From NCBI GenBank assembly GCA_965221775.1, contig CBDCSU010000005.1, positions 896,001 to 960,000 of the forward strand: 64,000 nucleotides of DNA, given 5' to 3'. The DNA comes from Candidatus Latescibacterota bacterium (GTDB taxonomy: Bacteria > Latescibacterota > UBA2968 > UBA8231). A program made the position numbers and the translations under genes. The notes beneath the pieces were generated by a model, which did no database searches, was not told the origin of the DNA, and was given only the letters and a program-made list of their open reading frames with translations. Numbering within the stretch: the stretch's first letter is position 1; every line of letters starts with the position of its first letter. Below are positions 12,628-23,373 of the stretch, piece after piece.

Positions 12628-14230
12628 GGGCCAGGGCCTCTCCGGCGGCTTCCGGCTGCCAGTCGGACAGGGCCGTCCACTTCGACGGGTCCACGGGGAA
12701 GCCGATCCCCAGTCCCGGCGCCCGGTTCAGGCTGGCCGCGTCCAGACACCCGCCGCGCACCGCCAGGGACGTACGGTCCTCCGCCAGGACCTCGTAGAGC
12801 CCGACGCGGCTCCGCTTGCAGGCCCCTCTCTCCGCCGGGGAGGCGCGGTCCTCTGCCAGCTCCTCGTAGAGCCCGACGCGGCTCCGCTTGCGGGCCCCGC
12901 TCTCTGCCGGGGAGGCGCGGTCCTCCGCCAGCTCCTCGTAGAGCCCGCCGTGGATCTGCCGGCAGGCCCCTCTCTCCGCCGGGGACAGGTGCCCGAGGCC
13001 CGGCTCGTGCCAGGCTCCCCTGCACTCCACGGGATCGACGCCGAGGGCCGCCATCTGGGCCAGGTGCTGGTGCAGGCCGGCCACGGGGAGGCTGAGCAGC
13101 TCCGCCCCCGTCAGGCGGAAAGGCAGGCCAGACCCGGGGGCGCCGTTCCAGAGCCGGCACAGGGCCTGATTGGCCAGCGCCTTCGTCAGGCCGTTGCCGA
13201 TGCGGGCCGAGGTGCCCGCGTATCCCAGGCCGGCGGCGCGCTTGAAGGCGCCGAGGGTCTCGTCGGACTCGTCGATGAAGACCGGCTTGCGCGCGCCCAG
13301 CGCCGCCACCTCCCGGCCCAAGGCCGCGCCCAGGGCCTCGGCCCTGGGGAAGGGCTGCTCCACCCAGGCGATGGCGGAGTACAGCCGGCGCCCCGCCTCC
13401 GGCCCGGACTCGAGCCGGTCGAGCAGGCCGTGCAGGTGCGCCGGGTCGTCGAAGGCCTCGCCGCCGTCGAGCACGACGGACAGCCCCTCCACCCCGGAGA
13501 GAACCTCGGCGATGCGCTCGAGGCGGTCCCCGTCGGATTCGGCGCGGCCCTCCAGCTCGATGCGGAAGTGGCGCAGCCCCTGCCGGCGGACGCTGGCCTC
13601 CAGCGGCTCCGGCGTGTCACCGCCGGGACCGGCCCCTTGGGGCAGGTCCGCCTCCCCCAGAATGTCGCCGGGGCCCACGGTGTGGCGCACCTGGAGCCGG
13701 ACGGCCGGACGCGGGGGCAGGACATCCGCCGGCGCCGCTCCGGCCAGCTCGGGGTGGACGTCGCCGAGGTCGATCCCGCCGAGGTTGCGGCGCAGGACCT
13801 CGTGATACGGCAGGTCCAGGGCCCGGCCGAGTCCGTCGAAGAGGGCGCGCTCCAGGAGGGCGGCGCCGTGGCCGGCGGCCAGGGGACTCATGCCGCGGTC
13901 CCCGCCCAGGGCGACGGAGGCCTCGTACGCGTCGCGCCAGATGCGGTACACCGGGCGCGGCACCCGCGCCGAGGCCACGGCCACGTCGACGGCGGTGCGC
14001 GCCCCGGCGGCCAGGGCGCGGGCCCCGGTCGGCAGCAGGGGGTCGAACCAGGCCGGCGCCAGCACGTCGGCGGCCACCCCCCGGGCGCGGCGGCCGTCGG
14101 CGGTGCTCAGCTCCAGGGTGAGGTGGATCTCGTCCAGCCTCTCCCGGTCGGCCCCGCCGAGGCGTGCGGGAAAGCGGACGGGCCGGCTGGGCACGGAGAG
14201 CACGGCCTCGTGAAGGCTGACCGGAACCAT
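12620..14230 (-). CDS. Degenerate enolase-superfamily paralog (probable pseudoenzyme)
   Basis: Colinear with 11170..12627 (RHTVG, EQP, IDES). KxK is replaced by RIE and STKNCK by SARIGN. Confidence 0.72.
   Translation of the reverse strand: MVPVSLHEAVLSVPSRPVRFPARLGGADRERLDEIHLTLELSTADGRRARGVAADVLAPAWFDPLLPTGARALAAGARTAVDVAVASARVPRPVYRIWRDAYEASVALGGDRGMSPLAAGHGAALLERALFDGLGRALDLPYHEVLRRNLGGIDLGDVHPELAGAAPADVLPPRPAVRLQVRHTVGPGDILGEADLPQGAGPGGDTPEPLEASVRRQGLRHFRIELEGRAESDGDRLERIAEVLSGVEGLSVVLDGGEAFDDPAHLHGLLDRLESGPEAGRRLYSAIAWVEQPFPRAEALGAALGREVAALGARKPVFIDESDETLGAFKRAAGLGYAGTSARIGNGLTKALANQALCRLWNGAPGSGLPFRLTGAELLSLPVAGLHQHLAQMAALGVDPVECRGAWHEPGLGHLSPAERGACRQIHGGLYEELAEDRASPAESGARKRSRVGLYEELAEDRASPAERGACKRSRVGLYEVLAEDRTSLAVRGGCLDAASLNRAPGLGIGFPVDPSKWTALSDWQPEAAGEALAHA
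12774..12985. repeat. In-frame 72-bp tandem repeat, about 3 copies
   Basis: CGGTCCTC at 12774/12846/12918; peptide GLYEELAEDRASPAE is repeated. Confidence 0.9.
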
Positions 14231-14234
14231 GGGC

Positions 14235-15635
14235 CTACACCGCCAGACTGCCGGCGGCAGCGGCCGGCGGCGGCAGCACCCGCTCGATCTCGTCGACGCG
14301 GTATCCGAAGCCGGCCCCCCGGAGCGAGCCCAGGTCGAGGGCGCCCTCCCTCCGCGAGTACAGCCCCGGATGGACCTCCGCCTCGGCGGCCGAGGCCTGC
14401 GGGTAGAACTGCATGCTGTTGGTCTCCACCCCCATGATGGTATCGGCGTGGGCGGCCAGCAGCACGTGCGGGACCTGGGCCAGCATCGGGTTGGTCAGGT
14501 CCTGCACCATCACCCCCATGCCGTGGGCCCGCGCCCAGCACAGGCTCAGGAGGGCCTCGGTCTGGGTCTTGCACGTCTTCAGGGCGACGCCGTTCCAGCC
14601 CAGACTCCGCCCGAGGCGCACCAGCTTCCAGTCGTGGGCGCTCTCGTCCATGAACAGGGGCTTGCGGGCCGAGACGGCGTGCACGTCGATGCGGTGGGCC
14701 TCCAGGTCGTAGGGGAAGGGCTGCTCCACGTAGAGCACCATCCCGTAGAGCCGCGGGTGCTCGTCCCGCAGGCGGTCGAGGATGTCGTTGACGTAGGCCG
14801 GCTCGGTGACCGTGCAGTTGAAGTCGGCCGACAGCCAGTCGACACCGTGGTCGACGCCGATCTCGCCGACGCGGACGAGGCGCTCGTAGTCCCAGGCCTC
14901 GTCGGTGCCGCGCAGCTTCACCTTCAGGCACTTCAGCCCGTCGCGGCGGATCCAGTCGGCCAGCAGCACGGGGTGTCCGTCCTCGGGCTCGTCCCCGGTC
15001 AACTCGTCCGGAGTCAGCGGGTCGAGGCCGCCGACGAGGTGCCAGGCGGGAAGACGCCGGAGCGGCTCGGCGGCGAGGAAGTCCCGCGGGTAGCGGCCGG
15101 AGAAGTCGACGCCCGCCTCGGCCTCGAGGAAGTGGGCGAGGTCGGCGTTGAGGTGCGCGGCGTCGTAGGTCTCGTACACCGGCCGTCCGCAGAGCTGGCC
15201 GAAGGCGTCGTGAAGGGCGAGGTCGAAGGGAGAGCTGCACACCCGCGCCGCCAGCAGCGGTACCGGGAGGCGGCCCCGGCGGAACTCCTCCAGGAGCGCC
15301 GGCAGCTCAAGCTGGAAGGCGTGCCCCACCTCCAGGGCGTGGCCGCTGGCCTCGAAGTCGCTCCAGGCGCAGACCTGCTCGACGGTGAAGGCGATCAGGG
15401 CCTGGTGGCGCTCCTCGTAGGACAGCTCCGAGGGCCAGACCCACTGCACGCTCAGTGGGGTCTCCCCCCACCCCTCGGCGCGGCGGCCGTCGGCGGCGGC
15501 CACCTCCAGGCGGACGCGGGCCACGGTGACGCTGGTGGTGGTCTCCGGTCCGAACTTCAGCGGCACCCGGGTCTCCACCGGCAGCAGGTGGAGGGCCGCG
15601 CCGGTGACCCGGACGTCGGTCGGCCGCGGCGTCAC
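14235..15635 (-). CDS. Enolase-superfamily protein (MR/MLE-like)
   Basis: GTG start overlaps the argH stop. Motifs GWGE, LKVKL, ADFN, YVEQP, MDES and ALKTCK. Confidence 0.8.
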   Translation of the reverse strand: MTPRPTDVRVTGAALHLLPVETRVPLKFGPETTTSVTVARVRLEVAAADGRRAEGWGETPLSVQWVWPSELSYEERHQALIAFTVEQVCAWSDFEASGHALEVGHAFQLELPALLEEFRRGRLPVPLLAARVCSSPFDLALHDAFGQLCGRPVYETYDAAHLNADLAHFLEAEAGVDFSGRYPRDFLAAEPLRRLPAWHLVGGLDPLTPDELTGDEPEDGHPVLLADWIRRDGLKCLKVKLRGTDEAWDYERLVRVGEIGVDHGVDWLSADFNCTVTEPAYVNDILDRLRDEHPRLYGMVLYVEQPFPYDLEAHRIDVHAVSARKPLFMDESAHDWKLVRLGRSLGWNGVALKTCKTQTEALLSLCWARAHGMGVMVQDLTNPMLAQVPHVLLAAHADTIMGVETNSMQFYPQASAAEAEVHPGLYSRREGALDLGSLRGAGFGYRVDEIERVLPPPAAAAGSLAV

Positions 15636-17029
15636 CCGTCCGGTCCGGCCCCGGCCAGGATCTCCCTGGCCTGTTGCAGCTGGCGCTCCACGGCGGCCGG
15701 GCCGGTGCCGCCGTCGATGTTGCGCCGGTCCAGGCTCGCCCGCAGATCCAGCCGCCCCAGGGCGTGCTCGTCGAAGGCGGCGTGGTGGGCCCGCAGGTCG
15801 GCCAGGGCCAGGTCGGTGAGCGCCCGCCCCTCGGAGGCGGCTTCGCGGACGACGGCCCCCACCACCCGGTGCGCCTCGCGGAAGGGCACCCCCGCCTCCA
15901 CGAGGAAGTCGGCCAGCTCCGTGGCCAGGGCGCCGGCGTCCACCGCCGCGGCCATGCGCCCGGGCTTGATCTCCATCGTCTCCCAGGCCGAGGCGAAGAC
16001 CTCGAGACAGTCGGAGGCGGTGTCGAAGGCGTCGAAGACGGGCTCCTTGTCCTCCTGCAGGTCCTTGCCGTAGGTCAGACCGAGGCCCTTCATCGCCGTC
16101 AGCAGGGCGACCAGATCGCCGTACACGCGCCCCGTCTTGCCGCGCACCAGCTCCAGGGAGTCGGGGTTCTTCTTCTGCGGCATCATGCTCGAGCCGGTAG
16201 CCCAGGCGTCGTCGAGCTCGACGAAGCCGAACTCGGCCGAGGAGAACAGGACCAGGTCCTCGCAGTAGCGGCTCAGGTGCATCATCAGGATCGAGAGCGC
16301 CGCCAGGGCCTCGAGGAGGAAGTCGCGGTCGGAGACCGCGTCCAAGCTGTTGGGGGTCACCCCCGAGAACCCCAGCTCCCGCGCCATGAACTCCCGGTCG
16401 AGGGCGAAGGCGGAACCCGCCAGGGCGCCGGAGCCGAGGGGCATGCGATCGCTGCGGCCCAAGGCGTCCCGCAGCCGCCCCAGGTCCCGCTCCAGGGCCC
16501 AGAACAGGGACAGGGCGTAGTGGGCGAACACGATCGGCTGCGCCTGCTGCAGGTGCGTGTACCCCGGCAGCACCGTCTGGCGGTGGTCCTCGGCGCCGGC
16601 CACCAGGACCGCCTGCAGCCGGCGGATGCGCCCGCCCACGGCCTCCGTGGCGGCGCGCAGGTAGAGGCGCTCGTCGAGGCTGACCTGGTCGTTGCGGCTG
16701 CGGCCGGCGTGCAGCTTGCCGCCGAGAGGCCCGAGGATCCCGGTGAGCCGGGCCTCGACGGCCATGTGCACGTCCTCCACGCCGGGGTCCCACTCGTGGC
16801 CGGGGGCGGACAGCTCCCGCAGGACCTGGTCGAGGCCCTCGAGGAGGCGGGCGCACTCCAAGGCCGTGAGCAGGCCGGCCCGCTCCAGGGCGCGGGCGTA
16901 GACCTTGCTGCCGGCGACGTCGACCTCCAGCAGGCGGCGGTCGAAGCCGATGGAGGCGTTGAAGCGCTCCATCAGCTCGGCCGTGGCCCCGGAGAACCGG
17001 CCGCCCCATGCCTTGTCGGAACCGGACAT
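15632..17029 (-). CDS. argH: Argininosuccinate lyase
   Basis: WGGRF, GRSRNDQ, PGYTHLQ and GSSMMPQKKNPD. Confidence 0.97.
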   Translation of the reverse strand: MSGSDKAWGGRFSGATAELMERFNASIGFDRRLLEVDVAGSKVYARALERAGLLTALECARLLEGLDQVLRELSAPGHEWDPGVEDVHMAVEARLTGILGPLGGKLHAGRSRNDQVSLDERLYLRAATEAVGGRIRRLQAVLVAGAEDHRQTVLPGYTHLQQAQPIVFAHYALSLFWALERDLGRLRDALGRSDRMPLGSGALAGSAFALDREFMARELGFSGVTPNSLDAVSDRDFLLEALAALSILMMHLSRYCEDLVLFSSAEFGFVELDDAWATGSSMMPQKKNPDSLELVRGKTGRVYGDLVALLTAMKGLGLTYGKDLQEDKEPVFDAFDTASDCLEVFASAWETMEIKPGRMAAAVDAGALATELADFLVEAGVPFREAHRVVGAVVREAASEGRALTDLALADLRAHHAAFDEHALGRLDLRASLDRRNIDGGTGPAAVERQLQQAREILAGAGPDG

Positions 17030-17045
17030 GATCGGCGCGGCGGGA

Positions 17046-18242
17046 CTAGCTCTGCCGGAGGATCTCGTCGAAGACGTCGATGACCTCGTCGATGCGGTCC
17101 TCGTCGACGATCAGCGGCGGCAGGAAGCGCACCATGTCGGGGCCGCAGGGCGCCGCGAGGATCTCGCGCTCCCGGAAGTCGGCCAGGTAGTCGGCGGCCG
17201 GCCGGTCGGTGACCACCGCCCCCTGGATGAGCCCCCGGCCGCGGAGCTCGGAGATCCGCTCGGGCCAGCGCTGCTGCAGCTTCTCCAGCCCCGTCCGCAG
17301 ACGCTGGCCGTTGCGGGCCACGCCTTCGAGGAACCCGTCGGCCGTGATCTTGTCGAGCACCGCCAGGGCCACGTTGGCCACCACCGGGTTGGCCCCGAAG
17401 GTGGCGGCGTGGTCCCCCGCCTGCAGGGCGTCGGCGACCTTCTGGGTCATCAGGGCGGCGCCGATGGGCAGCCCGCCGCCGAGGGCCTTGGCCAGGGTCA
17501 TCACGTCGGGCTCCACCCCGTACTGCTGGTAGGCCCACAGCGTGCCCGTCCGCCCCATGCCGACCTGGATCTCGTCGAAGGCGAGCAGCAGGCCGCGGTC
17601 GTCGCACAGCTTGCGCAGCCCCTGGAGGAAGTCATCGGTGGCCACGTGGACCCCGCCCTCGCCCTGGATCGGCTCCACGAGGACGGCGCAGGTCTGGTCG
17701 TCGACGAGGGCCTCCACCGATGCCAGGTCGTTGAAGTCGGCGAAGTCGACGCCGGGAAGGAGCGGGCCGAAGCCCTCGTGGTAGCGCGGCTGTCCCGTGG
17801 TGGAGAGGGAGCCGAGGGTGCGCCCGTGGAAGGAGTTGCGGAAGGCGATCAGCTTGTGGCGCCCGCCGGAGGTGTGGCCCCACTTGCGGCAGAACTTCAG
17901 CGCCGCCTCCCAGGCCTCGGTGCCGCTGTTGCAGAAGAACACGCGGTCGGCGAAGGAGCTCTCCACCAGGCTCTTGGCCAGGCGGGTGGAGGGCACCGTG
18001 TGGTAGAGGTTGGAGACGTGCATGAGCTGCGCCGACTGCTGCTCGATCGCCTTGAGGACGTCGTAGTCGCCGTAGCCGAGGGCGTTGACCGCCAGGCCGC
18101 TGACGAAGTCGAGGTAGCGGTTGCCGTCGAGGTCGAAGAGGTAGACGCCGTTGCCGCGCTCCAGGACGAAGTCGGGCCGGCCGTAGGTCTGCAGGATGTA
18201 CTTGTGCTCCTGCTCGATGAGGTTCTCGGTCTTTATCGTCAT
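17046..18242 (-). CDS. argD: Acetylornithine aminotransferase
   Basis: Class III PLP motifs FFCNSG, FHGRT, EPIQGEGG, DEIQ and LAKALGGG; arg context. Confidence 0.92.
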   Translation of the reverse strand: MTIKTENLIEQEHKYILQTYGRPDFVLERGNGVYLFDLDGNRYLDFVSGLAVNALGYGDYDVLKAIEQQSAQLMHVSNLYHTVPSTRLAKSLVESSFADRVFFCNSGTEAWEAALKFCRKWGHTSGGRHKLIAFRNSFHGRTLGSLSTTGQPRYHEGFGPLLPGVDFADFNDLASVEALVDDQTCAVLVEPIQGEGGVHVATDDFLQGLRKLCDDRGLLLAFDEIQVGMGRTGTLWAYQQYGVEPDVMTLAKALGGGLPIGAALMTQKVADALQAGDHAATFGANPVVANVALAVLDKITADGFLEGVARNGQRLRTGLEKLQQRWPERISELRGRGLIQGAVVTDRPAADYLADFREREILAAPCGPDMVRFLPPLIVDEDRIDEVIDVFDEILRQS

Positions 18243-18260
18243 GTCGTTCCCCTCTTTCCG

Positions 18261-19139
18261 CTAGCGAAGGATCTGCGAGCCCACGCCCTCGTCGGTGAAG
18301 AACTCGAGGAGCAGGGAGTGGGGGATGCGTCCGTCCACGATATGGGTCTTGCGCACACCGGCTCGAACCGAGCGCACGCCGGCGCGCACCTTGGGGATCA
18401 TCCCCCCTTGCAGCACGCCGCTGTCGATCAGGCCCTGCACCTCGTCGACGCGCACCGTGGAGATCAGGGTCGACTCGTCGGCGGGATTCTCGAGGATCCC
18501 GGTGACGTCGGTGAGGAAGACGAGCTTCTCCGCCCGCAGGGCCGCGGCGATCTCTCCCGCCGCGGTGTCGGCGTTGACGTTGTAGGCCTCGCCGTCCTCC
18601 CCCCGGCCGATGGGGGCCACCACGGGGATCGTCTCGCCGTCGATCAGCTCCCGCAGCGGCGCCGCGTCGACGCGGACCACGTCGCCCACGAAACCCAGGT
18701 CCACGGGGCCTTCCCGCGTCTGCGCCACATGGGGGCGTACCTGGAGCACGCCGGCCTCGCGGGCCGAGAGGCCGCGCACGCGCCCCCCGAGGGACTCGAT
18801 CTCTCCCACCAGGCCGTTGTTGACCTCCCCCGCCAGGACCTCCTCCACCACCTGCATCGTCTCCCGGTCGGTGATGCGCAGGCCGTTGACCCGCCGGGTC
18901 TCCACGTTGCGCTCGCGCAGGCGCCGGTCGATGGCCGGGCCCCCGCCGTGGACGACGACCGGGTTGATGCCCACGTGCTCCATGAAGACGAGGTCCCGCA
19001 GGACGGTGTCGGCGCCGCCCTCCGAGGCCAGGGTGCTGCCGCCGTACTTGACGACCACCGTCTTGCCGCGGAAGGCCTGGATGTACGGCAGCGCCTCGGC
19101 CAGGACCGACGCCTTGTCGATGTAGCTCTGAAGCTCCAT
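18261..19139 (-). CDS. argB: Acetylglutamate kinase
   Basis: EALPYI, VVKYGG, VVHGGG, YNVNAD and GGMIPK. Confidence 0.96.
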   Translation of the reverse strand: MELQSYIDKASVLAEALPYIQAFRGKTVVVKYGGSTLASEGGADTVLRDLVFMEHVGINPVVVHGGGPAIDRRLRERNVETRRVNGLRITDRETMQVVEEVLAGEVNNGLVGEIESLGGRVRGLSAREAGVLQVRPHVAQTREGPVDLGFVGDVVRVDAAPLRELIDGETIPVVAPIGRGEDGEAYNVNADTAAGEIAAALRAEKLVFLTDVTGILENPADESTLISTVRVDEVQGLIDSGVLQGGMIPKVRAGVRSVRAGVRKTHIVDGRIPHSLLLEFFTDEGVGSQILR

Positions 19140-19147
19140 CGGCGGAC

Positions 19148-19621
19148 CTACCCGTCCTCCTCCCGGCCGCCGATGGCGGTGACCCGCCGCACCACGGCGC
19201 GCGCCTCGGAGGCGCTGCGGGACAGGACGAAGATCGTGTTCTCGCCGGCCAGGGTTGCCATCACCTCGGTCCACTCCAGTCGATCGACGGCCTCGCACAC
19301 GGCCTGGGCATGGCCCGAGAGCGTTCGGATGACCGTCATGTTGCCGGCGCGGTCGACGCCGGTCACGTAGTCGCGCAGCTCGCGCTCGAAGACGCCGCGG
19401 TCGTTGTAGGCTCCCCGGATCTCCGGCAGGGAATAGCGGAAACCGCCGCCGGCGCGGGGCACGCGCACGACGCCGAGCTCGCGCAGGTCCTTGGAAAGGG
19501 TGGACTGGCTGACCTCGATGCCCCGGCGCGCCAGCGCCTCCGCCAGGCGCTCGTGGGTGTCGATGCGTTCGGCCTGCAGCAACTCCCGGATCGTTGCCTG
19601 GCGTGCCCTTCGGGTATTCAC
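19148..19621 (-). CDS. argR: Arginine repressor
   Basis: VSQSTLSKDLREL winged helix; C-terminal TLAGENTI. Confidence 0.93.
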   Translation of the reverse strand: MNTRRARQATIRELLQAERIDTHERLAEALARRGIEVSQSTLSKDLRELGVVRVPRAGGGFRYSLPEIRGAYNDRGVFERELRDYVTGVDRAGNMTVIRTLSGHAQAVCEAVDRLEWTEVMATLAGENTIFVLSRSASEARAVVRRVTAIGGREEDG

Positions 19622-19623
19622 GG

Positions 19624-19662
19624 CCTGAATAACTATTCTCTTTTTTGGAATAAGTATTCAAT
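19624..19662. promoter_or_regulatory. Tandem ARG boxes (ArgR operator)
   Basis: cctGAATaactATTCtct (19624-19641) and ttgGAATaagtATTCaat (19645-19662), 3 bp apart, immediately upstream of argR. Confidence 0.9.
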
Positions 19663-19687
19663 ATAGGCCGCTTCCGCGGACTGTCAA
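19660..19687 (-). promoter_or_regulatory. Sigma70-type promoter of the arg operon
   Basis: Minus strand TTGACA (19687-19682), 16 bp, TATATT (19665-19660); overlaps the ARG box. Confidence 0.7.
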
Positions 19688-20508
19688 TCGCCGGAGGAGC
19701 GGCGCCTCCGGCCCGCTGCCTCCCGCGGGGAGAGCAGTTCCGACAGCCGCTGCTTCAGCTCCGGCCCGTCGAGGCCGCGCACGAGCCCGCCGCCGACGGT
19801 GATCGAGATCGCCCGGGTCTCCTCGGAGATCACGATCGTCACCGCGTCGGTCTCCTGGGAAAGGCCGAGGGCGGCGCGGTGGCGCGTTCCCAGACGCTGG
19901 TCCTCCACCTCCTCCGCCAGGGGCAGGGTGCAGCGGGCGGCGAGGAGGGACTCCCCCTGGATGACCACCGCCTGATCGTGGAGGGGCGAACGCGGCGTGA
20001 AGATGGCGGTGAGCAGATCGGCGGAGACCTGGGCGTTGATCGGCACCCCCGAATCGACGACGGCCCCCAGGCCCGCCTCGCGGCCGAGGACGATCAGGGC
20101 GCCGTAGCCGCGCTCCGCCAGCTGCACCGAGCCGTTGACGACCTGGTCGATCACGCGCGACGGCTCGGTCTTGTAGAACCAACTGAGGAGGGGGCTCTGG
20201 CCGATGGCCAGCAGGAGCCGGCGCAGCTCGGGCTGAAAGAGGATGACGAGCAGGATCAGGAGGATCGACTGCACCTGCTCCAGCATCCACGCCAGGGCCA
20301 TCATCTCATGCTCCTGCCATCGCGCCGCCAGGGCCACGGAGACGAGCAGGAAGAGGCCGACGAGCATGTGGGCCCCGCGGTTGCCGCGGACCAGGGTGAG
20401 CAGCCGGTAGATGATCAGGGTGACGATCAGGAAGTCGAGGACCGACACCACCGTCACCGGGATGAACCCGAAGAGCTTGAAGAGGACGAGGCTGTCGCTC
20501 TGGATCAC
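19684..20508 (-). CDS. cdaA: Diadenylate cyclase CdaA-like (DGA motif reads DQA)
   Basis: Three TM helices, FQPELRR, PLHDQA, GTRHRAA and ISEE; follows folP. Confidence 0.88.
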   Translation of the reverse strand: MIQSDSLVLFKLFGFIPVTVVSVLDFLIVTLIIYRLLTLVRGNRGAHMLVGLFLLVSVALAARWQEHEMMALAWMLEQVQSILLILLVILFQPELRRLLLAIGQSPLLSWFYKTEPSRVIDQVVNGSVQLAERGYGALIVLGREAGLGAVVDSGVPINAQVSADLLTAIFTPRSPLHDQAVVIQGESLLAARCTLPLAEEVEDQRLGTRHRAALGLSQETDAVTIVISEETRAISITVGGGLVRGLDGPELKQRLSELLSPREAAGRRRRSSGD

Positions 20509-21343
20509 GGAGCCGCCTCCAGAAAGCGCACGGCGCGGACCGTCTCCTTCACGTCGTGAACGCGCAGGGCCCGGGCCCCGTGAATGACGGCGAGGACCCC
20601 CGCCGCCAGGCTGGCTTCGAGGGCGTCGCCGGGTGTGAGGCCCATCGGCTTCCAGAGGAAGGACTTGCGCGATGCGCCCACGACCACGGGGCAGCCCCTC
20701 ACCGAGAACGACCCCGCCCGGCGCAGGAGCTCGTGGTTGCCGGCGAAGGACTTGCCGAAGCCGATCCCCGGGTCCACAGCGACGCGCTCCGCCGGGATCC
20801 CGTGGCGGGCGGCGTGATCGACCCGGCCCTCGAGGTAGCCTGCGACCTCACCGGTCAGGTCGTCGTAATGGGTGTTCCGCTGCATGGTGGCGGGGGTCCC
20901 GCGACGATGCATGAGGATCACGGGAGCGCCGGCCTCGGCCGCCGCCGGGGCCATCTCCTCGTCGTGGGCGAGAGCGCTGATGTCGTTGACGATGTCGGCA
21001 CCGGCGGCCAGCGCCTGGCGGGCGACCTCGGCCTTGACCGTGTCGACGGAGAGGGGGATGTCGCTGTGCCGCCGGATCGCCTCGATGACGGGCACGATTC
21101 GCCGCTCCTCCTCCGCCGCGGGCACCTCGGCCGCCGGGCCGTAGAGCGGCGGCCGGGTGGACTCGCCGCCCACGTCGACGATGTCGGCGCCCGCCTCGGC
21201 CTGGGACAGGGCCCGCTCCACGGCCGCGGAGGGCTCGGAGTAGCGGCCGCCGTCGTAGAACGAGTCCGGAGTCACGTTGAGGACCCCCATGACCTGCACC
21301 CGCTGGCCGAAGTCGATCCGGCGGCCCCCTGCCAGCTCCCAGA

Positions 21344-21347
<4 letters not shown>
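20505..21347 (-). CDS. folP: Dihydropteroate synthase
   Basis: MGVLNVTPDSF, GGESTRP, DPGIGFGK, SRKS and RVHDV. Confidence 0.96.
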
Positions 21348-23365
<2,018 letters not shown>

Positions 23366-23373
23366 CGGGGCTC

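Noticed and set aside
16905-19370. Long antisense ORFs (821 aa here; also 41348-44140, 44242-47181, 48481-51279, 32160-34697)
   Set aside because: They are shadows of well-supported genes, as expected at very high GC3, and have no recognisable motifs.
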